Positions 36,153 through 46,552 of a stretch of 64,000 nt of DNA are shown one piece after another. The position numbers and the translations under genes are program-made. The notes under the pieces were generated by a model that saw only the letters and a program-made list of their open reading frames with translations, had not been told where the DNA came from and searched no databases. This DNA is from Dehalococcoidia bacterium (lineage in GTDB: Bacteria > Chloroflexota > Dehalococcoidia > UBA2979): positions 2,368,001-2,432,000 of the forward strand of contig OZ253555.1 in assembly GCA_965262725.1 (NCBI GenBank), read 5' to 3'. Each line of letters begins with the position of its first letter. Position 1 is the stretch's first letter.

Positions 36153-37668
36153 CGCCCTCGCCGCACACGGTCCAGCCCGTGACATCAGGGCGCACTGCCT
36201 GCGAGGAATGCGCCCTGCGCTCTGCCTTCGCGCGGCCGGCAGGGGCGACGCTCACCACCACTCCTGCCTGGCGAGTCACACTGATGGAAGACCGTCGTGA
36301 GACGGGTTGTCATTCCCATAGTGCGGGGATTCCGCGAGTAGACCGTCTGGCCACCGGCGCGACGAATGTCAGCGTCGCCTCTCCCGCGCCTAGCGGGGGA
36401 CCGCCGCCTCTCGCCGACTTGCCAAGTGGCGTATCGACTGATCTTCGACCAATTCGACCGAGATCTGGTGGTCGCTATTGTATAGACCGAGTTCGATCAC
36501 TGGCTCAGGAGCTGCTTCCGCAACGGCCGAGGGGGAGGCCGCTGTCTACGGCGCCCCCGCGCTCACGCCGTCGCTCTTCACGATCAGGGGCGCGGCGGCG
36601 GGGAGCCCGTCTGTGAACAGCTCGCGGAAGGACCGATTCACGAAGTCCGGGGCACCGAGGATGTAGGGGACGTAGCCGCCTTCATCGAGGGCGTAGATGG
36701 CCGTGATGTTGCGGCTCTCCGCGCAGGTCGTTAGTTCCTCGATCGCACCGCCCTGGTAGAGGACGAGGCTGAAGCCCGTGGCGACCTCGCCACGCAGGCA
36801 CTCCGCCCCGAACTCCGGCACGTCGTCACCCGCCGGCGCGGCGGACGGAGGCCCCTCGCTCCTGGCGATCAGCGGCGTGAATGGGGGGAGATCGTCGGTG
36901 TAGAGCTCGCGGAAGGACCGGTTCACGAACTCGGGCGCGCCGACGATGTAGGGCATGTACACCCCGTCGCTCAGGGCATAGAGGGCCGTGACGTGGCGGC
37001 TCTGCGCGCAGGAGACGACGTCATCGACGCTGCCTGCCGCGGAGATGAGGAGGCTGAAGCCGACGGCGATGCTCCCGCTCAGGCAGGGCGCCGCCGACCG
37101 CTCTGCCTCGGCCGTGTCGCCGATGCGCACGCGGTAGACGCGCATGCGGCTCTCGTCGGGGGAGGTCACGGTCACCGTGATCTCCGAGCCGGCGTCCACG
37201 GTTGCCTGGTGGCCGTCGGTGCCCCCGTCGCTGTCGGGGGGCCCCACCACGACCGTCGCGCCGGACTGCCTCCCCTCCGCCTCGACCGTCGTCGCCGTCG
37301 CACCGTCCGCGGCGACTCCCGCATACTCCGCCCGGCTGCCTGAGAACTTGCCGATCTCCACATCGCTCAGGGTGAGCGAGGCGAGCCGCGCGTCGATCGC
37401 GTCGGGCATGTTGTAGCTGTAGACCTTGTCGTCGTTCTCGTCGGCGACGTACATGACGTCGCCATCCGACCAGAGACCGCGCGGGCTGTTGTTGCTGACG
37501 CGGGGGAGCTTCCAGAACTCCTCGTCGCGCACACGTTCGAGCGCGAGGTCCTCGTCCTCGCCCGCCTCTTCCTGAGCGATCGAGGGCAGACGGTAGGCGA
37601 AGAGGCGCCTGGCGCCGTCATCGGAGACCCAGGCGCTGACGCCGTCGGACCAGATGCCGTGCGGGTCG
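35054..37668. repeat. Large inverted repeat formed by the convergent 3' modules of two genes
   Basis: 35054-35604 is the reverse complement of 37118-37668 with no mismatch seen (the shadow ORFs translate identically). High similarity continues outward. Confidence 0.9.
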
Positions 37669-38040
37669 TCGTTGTCATCGTGCAGGGCGTACCCCGCGAG
37701 CAGCTCGCCGCTTACGAGGTCGTAGCCGAAGAGGGCGTTGTCGCGGCCATCGAGGACCCACATTTTCGCGCCGTCGGACCAGATGCCGCGCGGGTCGTCG
37801 TTGTCGGGGTGCAGTGCGAGATCGGAGTCGGGGAGGCGCTCGCCGCTACCCAGGTCGTGTGCGAAGAGCTTGTCCTTGCCGCTGTCGGAGATCCAGATGG
37901 TGCGGAGGTTGGACCAGACCCCGCGAGGCGCGAGGTTGGCGTCGTCGAGCTCGAACTCGAGCTCCTCGACGCGGTCGCCCGTGGCGAGGTCGTAGGCGTA
38001 GACGGCGTCGTCGGCGCCTGGGCCGTTCTCGGCGAGCTAG

Positions 38041-39248
38041 GGGTTCTCTGAACAGGTCGCCGCGTCGTTACTGGAGCACATGCACACTCCGATGACTATA
38101 TGCGATCATGGCACTCCTCCGGGAAAGGGGAGCGCTGCCATGCATCAGCCGACATTCGCGAGAGTCGAGTTCGAGCGGGATGGCTACAAGACGCGCCGCC
38201 AGAAGTTCCTCGAACGGCTGGATGGCCTCGTCCCGTGGCAGAGGTTCGAAGCAGCCATCGAGCCCCACTACCCGAAACCGGGCCGCGGGCGGAGGCCCTA
38301 CCCGCTCTCCGTGATGCTGCGCATCCATACCGTGCAACTCTGCTACAACCTCAGCGACCCCGGCATGGAGGATCTGCTCCACGAGGCCGAGTCGGTGCGA
38401 GCCTTTTGCTTCCTCACGCTCTCCGAGCCCATCCCCGACGAGACGACGATCCTCAACTTCCGGCACCTGCTCGAGCGCCACTCCCTGGGTAGCAGGATCC
38501 TCCAACTCATCAACGAGCACCTCACGAGCAAGGGATTGAAGCTGAGCGAGGGCAGCATCGTGGATGCGACCATCATCTCGGCGCCATCGTCGACGAAGAA
38601 TCGCGGGCGGGCGCGGGACCCGGAGATGCATCAGACCAAGAAGGGGAAACAGTGGTTCTTCGGGATGAAGCTGCACATCGGCGCCGACAGGGATACTGGA
38701 CTGGTCCACAACTTCACGACCACGCCTGCGAACGTGTCGGACGTGTCTGAGACGCACCGCCTGCTGCACGGCGAGGAAGCCGAGGTCTACGGCGACGCCG
38801 GGTACCGGGGCGTGCAGAAGAGACCCGAGAACGCGGACTCCAGGGTCAAGGACTGGAACGTGGCGATGCGCCCGGGCCTCCGGCGTGCGCTCGACCCGGA
38901 GAGTCCTGAGGCCGTCGAGGAGAAGCGGAAGGCATCGGTGCGAGCGCTGGTGGAGCACCCGTTCTACAGCGTGAAGCGGCGCTTCGGCTACGCCAAGGTG
39001 CGGTACCGGGGTCTCTTCAAGAACCACGAGCGGTGTGCGGTCTTGCTGGGGTTCCACAACCTGCTCACCGCGAAGCCGCACCGTGCCTGACCGTGGGTGG
39101 AGTGCGCCCTCCCCGCCCCACACGGGGCGAGGAGGGGAGCCACAGGGGCCCGCGAGGGGGCGGATATGACCACTGTCATCGGGAATCCGCCTGAGAGCGC
39201 CTGACCGCGGCGAAACTGGGTCGCTAGACCCACCTGATCAGACTTGCC
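38041..39248 (+). mobile_element. Complete IS5-family element (1208 bp)
   Basis: IRs GGGTTCTCTGAACAGGT / GGCAAGTCTGATCAGGT (12 of 17 match). CTAG duplicated at 38037-38040 and 39249-39252. Confidence 0.92.
38140..39090 (+). CDS. IS5-family transposase
   Basis: PDETTILNFRHLLE, IVDATII, RDPEMHQTKKGKQWFFGMKLHIG, GDAGY, RALVEHPF, KVRYRGL. Confidence 0.95.
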   Translation: MHQPTFARVEFERDGYKTRRQKFLERLDGLVPWQRFEAAIEPHYPKPGRGRRPYPLSVMLRIHTVQLCYNLSDPGMEDLLHEAESVRAFCFLTLSEPIPDETTILNFRHLLERHSLGSRILQLINEHLTSKGLKLSEGSIVDATIISAPSSTKNRGRARDPEMHQTKKGKQWFFGMKLHIGADRDTGLVHNFTTTPANVSDVSETHRLLHGEEAEVYGDAGYRGVQKRPENADSRVKDWNVAMRPGLRRALDPESPEAVEEKRKASVRALVEHPFYSVKRRFGYAKVRYRGLFKNHERCAVLLGFHNLLTAKPHRA

Positions 39249-39809
39249 CTAGAGGGTCGTGTCGTCGGACCAGAGGCCGGTGGGCGAACCGTGGCCGCTG
39301 GCGAGCTCGTCGATGTCGCGGGTGCCGTTCCACTCGAAGTCGACGTCGCTAGGGGACCGGCTGGAGGGCGCGCCGCCGCCGCCGCCGCCGCCGAGAATCA
39401 CCGTCACCGGGGGGTCGACAGGGGGGTCGGCACTACGATCCCTGATGGCGACTGTGGTCGCGGGCGTACCGCCAACCGTGACGCCTGTCGGCAGGGCGCC
39501 AAAGCCGATCCACACACTCTCGCCGCCGTCGTCATCGGTGTCCTCGGTCGCGCTGAAGACAAAGGTCTTCGAGGTCTCGCCGCTTGCGAACGTGATGCTC
39601 GTGGGCACGGGCTCGTAGTCGGCGGACGACGCTCCGTTCTGGTTGGCCGTCGTCAGCGGGATCGTCACCGAGCGCTCTGGGTCCGCGCTCAGCGAAACAG
39701 TGACCGCTACCGTGTCGCCCTCCGTGGCGGTGTACATGGCCGAGCCGAAGCTCGCCGTCACCTGGGGGTCGTCATCGTCCGTGCCGCTCACCCACCGCAC
39801 CCCCCCGGG

Positions 39810-41552
39810 CGACCCCGGCCAGCAAGCGACAGCCCCTTCGGTCCTGATGGCGCACCCGTTATGGGATCTGACGGCAAGGGCGGCGAAGGTTCCCGCGGGC
39901 GTGTCGGTTTGACCTATACCGTTGTTCCCCCAGCAGGCGATGGTGTTGTCGCTCCTGATGGCGCAACTGTGAAGGGTTCCGAGCAAGAGGGCGATGAAGC
40001 TGCCGGTGGGTGCGTCGGACCGCCCGTGGTCGTTGAGTCCCCAGCAGGCAACGGTGTCGTCGGCCCGGATGGCACACGTGTGATCTTCACCAACGGCAAC
40101 TGCCTCGTAGGCGCCGGCGGGCGCATCAGCCTGCCCGTCGTCGTTGAGTCCCCAGCAGGCAAGGGAGCCGTCGGTCTTGATGGCGCACGCGTGATCGTCG
40201 CCAACGGCAAGTGTTTTGTAGCTGCCGGAGGGCGCATTGGTCTGCCCGTCCTGGTTGCGGCCCCAGCAATCGATGGTGTCGTCGGTCTTGATGGCGCACG
40301 TGTAGAAGTTGCTGGAGGCGAGGGCTTTGTAGGCGCCGCTGGGCGGGTTGGTCAGACCATGGTGCCCGTCTCCCCAGCAGGCGATGGTGCCGTCGGTCTT
40401 GATGGCGCAGGTGTGGAGGTCGCCGGGGGCGAGGGCTTTGTAGGCGCCTGCGGGCGCAGCGGTCTGCCCCTGCTCGTCGTATCCCCAGCAGGCAATGGTG
40501 TCGTCCGTGGCGATGGCGCACGTGTGATCGAAGCCAGCCGTGAGGGACTTGTATGCGCCCGCGGGGGCGTCCGTCTCGCCGACATCGTTGTGCCCCCAAC
40601 AGGCGATGGTGTCATCGCCGGCGATCGCACACGTGTGATCGTCGCCGGCATCAATGGCCCGGTAACTGCCGGCGAGTTCGCCGTTCAACGCAAAGGGGCT
40701 TCTCCCCCAGCAGTCGACCGTTCCGTCAGTTGCGACCGCGCAGGTGAGCTCAAGACTGAGGGACAGGGCCTGGTAGGTGCCCGCCGGTGCGTCGGTTTCC
40801 CCGTTGCCGCCGCGTCCCCAGCAAGCGACGGTGTCGTCCGTTCGGATAGCGCAGTATCGATGGGAGCCAGCGGCGATGGCTTTGAACGTGCCCGCCGGGG
40901 CATCTGTCTGCCCCGATGTGTTTTGCCCCCAGCAGGCGATCGTGTCATCGGTGGCGATAGCGCAGGTGTGATAGTGCCCGGCGACAACGGTCTTGTAGGT
41001 GCCTGCCGGAGCCCTTCTCTGACCCTTGTCGTTCCATCCCCAGCAATCGATGGTGTCGTCCGTTGCGATGGCGCAATTGTGAACCTCCCCAGCCACCAGC
41101 GCCTTGTAGACGCCGTTCGGCGGGTTCACCAACCCCCTGTCGGGGTAGCCCCAGCAGGCGATGGTCCCGTCGGTCCTGAGGCCGCAGGTGTGCTCCCAGC
41201 CGATGGTGAGGGCTTTGAAGGCACCCGTCGGCGCCTGGGTCTGCCCGAACGCGTTGTACCCCCAACAGTCGATGGAGTCGTCAGTCGCAATGGCGCACGC
41301 GTGACGATCTCCCGCGGTAACGCTCCGGTACGTGCCGGCCGGCGAGTTCAACTGCTCGATGTCGTTGCTTCCCCAGCAGGCAATGGTGTCGTCCGTGGCG
41401 ATGGCGCACGTGAAACGGCCACCCAGGGCGATTGATTCGTAGGCACCCGCCAGCGGCCTGCTCATTCCGCTGTCGTTGCTGCCCCAGCAACTGATGGTGC
41501 CGTCGGTGGCGAGGGCACACGTGTGCCAGATGCCGGCGCTCACGGTCGTGTA
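39810..41552 (-). repeat. 16 tandem 111-bp (37-aa) RCC1-like repeats
   Basis: Consensus YKALxAGxxHTCAIxTDDTIACWGxNxxGQTDAPAG. Confidence 0.9.
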
Positions 41553-41799
41553 GGTTCGGCCCTCGTCGGCGGCAGCGACAGACGGCCGGGTGGCAGCGCT
41601 GCCTAACCCGAGTAACACCACCGCAGCGAGGAGCAGCGTTACGGCGCGACGAGCGCCGAGGGTCCGTCTGGAGGAGGATATCCTGGCGCTCGTTTCACAG
41701 TGGTTCACCACCTGCTCGGTGTTCATGCAGTCCGCGGGTCTCGTGACCACCTCGGGAGCCGCGTCCGCCACGGCTGAGGGTGACCCCTCCACCTGCGGG

Positions 41800-42450
41800 G
41801 AGGGGTCACGCCCGCCGCGCTCACGCCGTCGCTCTTCACGATCAGGGGCGCGATGGCGGGGAGGCCGTCTGTGAACAACGCGCGGAAGGACCGATTCACG
41901 AAGTCGGGGGCACCGAGGATGTAGGCGACGTAGCCGCCTTCGTCGAGCGCGTAGATGGCCGTGATGTTGCGGCTCTGCGCGCAGGTCACGAGTTCCTCGA
42001 TCGCACCGCCCTGGTAGAGGACGAGGCTGAAGCCCGTGGCGCCCGTGCCGCGCAGGCACTCCGGTCAGGGCGGAGGCCGTCTGTGCTGCCGTCGGCGTCG
42101 GTGAGGGGGTTGTCGCTGCCGTCGAGGAACTCGAGCGTGGCGTTCGCATCGTTCCTCGTGGGCGACACGGTGATCTGCGTGACCGTGTCGCCCACGGCAG
42201 CCGCGTAGGACGTGATGCCGCTGGCGAAGGGCGGATCCAGCCGTCCCTCGCTCAGCTCAAGGCCGCTCAGCGTGGCGTCGGTGCTCGGCGGGGTCTGGGC
42301 GGCGACGGGCGAGGCCAGCGCCCCAAGCAGGCCGAGCAACGCCACCAGGGCACAGGCACTCAGCCGGGGCGGCGCCCAGCGAGGAGAGGGTGCACACCTG
42401 GCACCGGCCTGCCCACCGGCCAACTGCGAGCATCGAGGACGATTCTGCAC
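41800..42450 (-). pseudogene. Internally deleted fifth family member: signal peptide and cadherin-like domain joined out of frame to the last terminal repeat
   Basis: ALVALLGLLGALASPVAAQ, STDATLSGLELS...FASGITSY, then PECLRG..GFSLVLYQGGAIEEL...YILGAPDFVNRSF, nearly identical to 36555-36785. Confidence 0.8.
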
Positions 42451-42744
42451 TGATGAACAGTAGTGGTCACGATGATGCTAGTTCAAGCGGTGAGCATACG
42501 TGGCGAAGCGCCCGCACAGCAGCCTCGGCTGGCTCTCCCCGGCCGCCTCCGCCGAGCACTGGAGGGCGAAACAACTGGTTGGACTCTCATAAGCGGTGGT
42601 CTCGTGAAGGGGGTCCGGTCAATCGCGGTGGCGGTGGCAGTGGCGATGCTGCTGCAGGCTGCCGGCTAACAAATGATAAGGATGGTGCACTGTGACACCA
42701 GCTTGCGGGACGTGACCGAAGGAGATGGGCCCTGCTCATCGTGC

Positions 42745-42835
42745 GACCGGTAGCTCTTGAGCGGGGCCCACGCCTCGAGCAGCGTTCCCCTCGACCGTGA
42801 AGTGCTCGGCCGAGAGCAGCCTGCGCCGAGGTCGC
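42745..42835 (-). mobile_element. Small frameshifted IS5-like transposase fragment
   Basis: RRLLSAEHFTVEG / LLEAWAPLKSYR resembles the LLSDEHFTVDGTLIEAWAS motif. Confidence 0.6.
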
Positions 42836-43451
42836 CGTGTTCCACGGGGACTCGCAGGAGAGCGGGGACGTGATTGACAGGGGTCCCACGGGCAGGCGCC
42901 TTTCAACGCGGTCAGATCCCCGCGCGTTCGTCTGCAGCTGAGACGGAGGGGCATGCGGCAGCGCACGTTGCGAAGCCCGATGGTTCTTGAGTTCGCCGCC
43001 AGCCGTCCCAGCCTGTGCCACTACCTCGTCTTGGAGCCCTCTCGGAACCTGATATGACGGGCTCACGTGACGTTCCGTCCTGGCTCATCCCACTCCCTTG
43101 CGCCACGCATGCCTACGAAATGCCTACGGAGACGAGGCCCCTTGGCCCTGGCTCTGCCGCTGCCGTCTGGTCTCACCACCGGGCAAACATGGGCATGAAT
43201 GTTCAGCTGTGCGTAACGACGAACGGCGTGGTGTGCACTTGCGGTACACGTTCGCGCCCACGATCGGGCGTAGACCATAGGCGAGAAAGTGCTCTGGGGC
43301 GGGCGACTGCGATGGCCTTCACCCGGACGTGTGGCGATCCGCGGCTCAGGCGAGCGTAGCTGGGAGTCGGGCCGCGCTCACCATCGGCAGGTACGGTCAC
43401 CTGTTCGGCGAGTACACCTGGCTCGCCGCCGTGGACTCTAGATTCCGACTG

Positions 43452-43498
43452 TGGTCGGGGAGACAGGATTTGAACCTGCCGATCTCCTGACCCCCCAG
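43452..43498 (-). tRNA. 3' half only of tRNA-Pro (probably GGG); att-site remnant, not a functional tRNA
   Basis: Minus strand CTGGGGGGTCAGGAGATCGGCAGGTTCAAATCCTGTCTCCCCGACCA has a T-arm, acceptor strand and CCA. No D-arm or 5' acceptor strand upstream. Confidence 0.75.
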
Positions 43499-43975
43499 AT
43501 TGGCTTGCCACGCGCACGGACGCGCAGGTCTGCGTATCGGCGAAAGGGACTACGAAGAGGACCATGAGGGTCTGATTCTCTCCAAGAATCGCCGTCGATC
43601 TTCCGTTCTGTCAGTGGGCGATCGAGGCTCTGGCAACCGGCAGCGCCGGGCTGCTCTGGTGAACCGTTCATGAGTGCAAGAGAGGCGTGCACACCTGAGT
43701 CTTTCCCTGCAATGCCCCGCGAACCTCCCGGCGTAGGGGGCGTGGAACGTGTGGAAGGTGGGGGCGGGAACAGGGGAGGCCCTCTCCGGCCCGGCACGGA
43801 GGCCGTAGTTGCCGTCCCGGACGCCTACACCGCCATCCTCTGCCTCCAAAGGATCGCCTCCGACACGGCTGGGCGCGGGTATCGCATGGCGACAGCTGCT
43901 CTCTGAAAGCAGTATGAAGGACGGATGTCCGGCGGGGTCAAGTAAGGCAGTACGACGCGAGAAGCAAGGTAAGCC

Positions 43976-45697
43976 ATGGGGAGTGTGGTAGTAGCGGTCG
44001 CAGCCCTCGCCACAATTGGGTTGCTGTTCGCGGTGGACCCGGGCGGGGTCATCGCCGAAAGCGGCTTTCCCGACTATCGGGCGATGGACTGGCAGCAGCT
44101 GACGGCATGGGGCTTCCGAACGATAGGCGTAATCGCAGCGCAACTGCTTATTGTCGTGCTGTGGCTGTGGCCCAAGTACCGGGCCCCGCAAACGCTCGAG
44201 GAGCATAAGCGCCCATGGTACTCGGGGACTCCGCAGCTCCGTTCAATGCCCGCCGCGGCGGTATCTGCGCTGGAAGGCCACGCGATATGGTACCCAGCGA
44301 TACTGGCCTCCATCATCGAGATGTGCCAGCGCGGCACGCTGCGAATCGAGGCCGTGGAAACGAGGGTCGGCTTCCTATACCGGCTGTCCCGGCAGGGTCC
44401 CACGCAGCATGACTGGGAGCGGACGATATGCGACAGCCTGCCGTCGCGTTTCACAACGATTGATGCGCTGCATGAAGCGCTCAGCAAGCGCAGAGACGCC
44501 ATCGGTGACCAGCTGGGAGAGTACCTGCAGCAGCGTGGCCTGTTCCATGACAACCCGGTACGAGTAAGGAGGGAGAATACCGGGGACGGGATCGAATGGG
44601 CCATGTTGGCCGGGGCTCTGATGGGCGTTGGCAGCGGGCTCTGGACGGCTCTCTGGCTGGCCCAGTGGTGGGCGAACGCTCTGATCGGCGCGCTCACGGG
44701 CCTCGTATATCTGCTGATGGCGACAGAGGTACGAACGGGCATGCTGACGCCAACGCCGGCGGGGGCACGTGAGATAAGCCGGTGGCTTGGTTTGAAAGAG
44801 ACCCTGACCGGATCTGAACGGACGGGTGCTCGGGACCAATCCGATTCCATGCTGGCCTACGGCGTCGCCCTGGATGTGGCCCAGCCGTGGCTCGGCGTTG
44901 CGGCCTCGGCTCCACCGTGGTTCGGATCCGACGGGGCATCCTCCGTACAGGGCGCCGACCTGGACACGGCCTATTCCGGCTTCATGCACGCTCTGCAGTG
45001 GGGCCTGACCGGACGGTCGGGCGACGCGGCGAACGCGGCTGCGGGGCCAGGTTATGAATTAGAGCTCGAACTGCTCGAATTGGAGTCGCCGGATACCGAG
45101 GAGGCTGCTCACCGCGGGACTGCCGACGAAACTGGAGAGCTTGCGCGTGAGTTGAAGGCGCAGAGCAGTCCTCCGGCAGCCCCGGCGGGGGCGCTGTCGA
45201 GGGAATACCAGACTCAGTGGTGGGAGGGGCCGGCTGAGGAGGCGAAAGGTGGCGGATGCCTCCGCGGGTGCCTCACATGGATCGTGAGCACGGTGGGCAT
45301 AGGGGTGATGGTCCTGGTCGTCCTGTTCAGCCTCGACGTGGTCTCGCCGCGCGCCAAGCCGTGTCCCCTGGAATCTCCCGGGATCCCGTCGCCCGCGCAG
45401 ATCGCGGTGGCCGGTGACCTGTTCCGCGATGCCTGCGTGAGGGTCAGCGGTACGGTCGTGTTCCAGGACATCGACGAGCTACTGCTTGAGATGGACCGGG
45501 GGGAGTATGTGCAACGGGTGAGCGTCCGCGGACCTGCGGACGTCTTCGAAGCAGCCTCCCCTGGCGACGCGGTGACCCTGGCCGGATGGCTCAGAGTGGA
45601 GGAGGACGGGACATACGCAGTCCATTTCGTACCGGATTTCGGGTCGGACCGGGGGTGGTGGCGGAACCTCCGGGAGAACCTCGAAGGATTGTTCTAG
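43976..45697 (+). CDS. DUF2207-like membrane protein with an extra C-terminal TM and OB-fold-like domain
   Basis: ASIIEMCQRGTLRIE, TM pair, TPAG..W.GL, MLAYGVALDVAQPW, PPWF; then GGCLRGC, a TM and VRVSGTV...GDAVTLAG. Confidence 0.65.
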   Translation: MGSVVVAVAALATIGLLFAVDPGGVIAESGFPDYRAMDWQQLTAWGFRTIGVIAAQLLIVVLWLWPKYRAPQTLEEHKRPWYSGTPQLRSMPAAAVSALEGHAIWYPAILASIIEMCQRGTLRIEAVETRVGFLYRLSRQGPTQHDWERTICDSLPSRFTTIDALHEALSKRRDAIGDQLGEYLQQRGLFHDNPVRVRRENTGDGIEWAMLAGALMGVGSGLWTALWLAQWWANALIGALTGLVYLLMATEVRTGMLTPTPAGAREISRWLGLKETLTGSERTGARDQSDSMLAYGVALDVAQPWLGVAASAPPWFGSDGASSVQGADLDTAYSGFMHALQWGLTGRSGDAANAAAGPGYELELELLELESPDTEEAAHRGTADETGELARELKAQSSPPAAPAGALSREYQTQWWEGPAEEAKGGGCLRGCLTWIVSTVGIGVMVLVVLFSLDVVSPRAKPCPLESPGIPSPAQIAVAGDLFRDACVRVSGTVVFQDIDELLLEMDRGEYVQRVSVRGPADVFEAASPGDAVTLAGWLRVEEDGTYAVHFVPDFGSDRGWWRNLRENLEGLF

Positions 45698-45940
45698 ACG
45701 GACGAAGGAAGTCGGGCCCTCCTTTCGACTCTTGAAGGCCCAAAGTGCTCTCAAGAGTCCGCTCTCGCCGTCGTAGCAGACCTGATCGCGGCGATCGCAC
45801 AACGGGGGCTACCCGTACAGTAGGAGTCGCTACTCGTCTCTCGGTGGCTGGCGAAAGCCAGAGTTTGCCGCTCGGGGGGACCCTCTCCGGTAGAGAGTGA
45901 CAGCAGCGTCGGCCCTGCGCGCCGTCAGCGATTCTAGAGC

Positions 45941-46215
45941 TGACCCGACCCCCTGAAACGGGACCGCTGTTGCGGGAGGCGGAGCGGCTGCTCGGCGAAG
46001 GGCAGACGATCGCCGAGGCGGCGAAGCAGGTCGAGATCTCGGAGCAGACCTACCACCGCTGGCGCAACCAGTACGGCGGGATGAAGGCCGACGACGCCAG
46101 GCGGCTGCGCGAGCTGGAGCGCGAGAACGCGCGTCTGAAGCGGATCGTCGCCGACAAGGAACTCGAGATCGACGCGCTCAAGGAGATCGCCCAGAGGAAA
46201 CTGGTAAGCGCGTGA
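45941..46215 (+). mobile_element. IS3-family end plus truncated orfA
   Basis: IR-like TGACCCGACCCCCTGAAACGGGACC; ISEQTYHRWRNQYGGM...LERENARLKRIVADKELE. Confidence 0.85.
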
Positions 46216-46552
46216 CGCGGACGTCACTGGGGCCGGTCACCGTGATCGGCGTCTGCATTCCGTGGTTCGGGTCGCGGACCGAGGCGAGACGCGGGGGGTA
46301 CCGCAAGCGGCGGTGGGAGGACCATGCACAGTACCTGGCGAGCCACCGAAGTGGGCGGATGTAATGAGGGGCCTGCCACCGGAGACGCAAGCGCACATCA
46401 ACGCGACAAGGGACCAGCGGGATCACTGATCTCGGCGTTCGGCGTTCCCACTCCCCGGTTGGCATACAAGATCAGTGCCTGGGTGCACACGACGGCCGAG
46501 AGGCTGAGCGGGTGCTCCGTCTTGCAAGGTGGCGCGTAGACTGGTACGGTGC

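Larger units (their letters stand above)
36546..41726 (-). pseudogene. Exported RCC1-like repeat protein plus Calx-beta plus shared module, split by IS5 at an amber codon
   Basis: Hydrophobic leader AVTLLLAAVVLLGLG, 16 repeats, Calx-beta and poly-Gly. The frame resumes at 38036 (LAENGPGADDAVYAYDL) and runs to 36546. Start uncertain. Confidence 0.88.

Noticed and set aside
34540-38036. Diversity-generating retroelement (template/variable repeat pair)
   Set aside because: No reverse transcriptase in the window, and the differences between copies are not adenine-specific.
39249-39252. Stop-codon reassignment (TAG or TGA at Trp positions here and at 11976)
   Set aside because: TGG is used throughout and TAG/TGA terminate intact genes; single G-to-A changes in decaying genes explain both.
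43452-43530. Intact tRNA-Pro gene
   Set aside because: No D-arm or 5' acceptor strand; kept only as an att remnant.
46424-46477. Integron attC or dif-like site
   Set aside because: No proper RYYYAAC/GTTRRRY pair, no repetition between genes and no integrase; resemblance to dif is weak.
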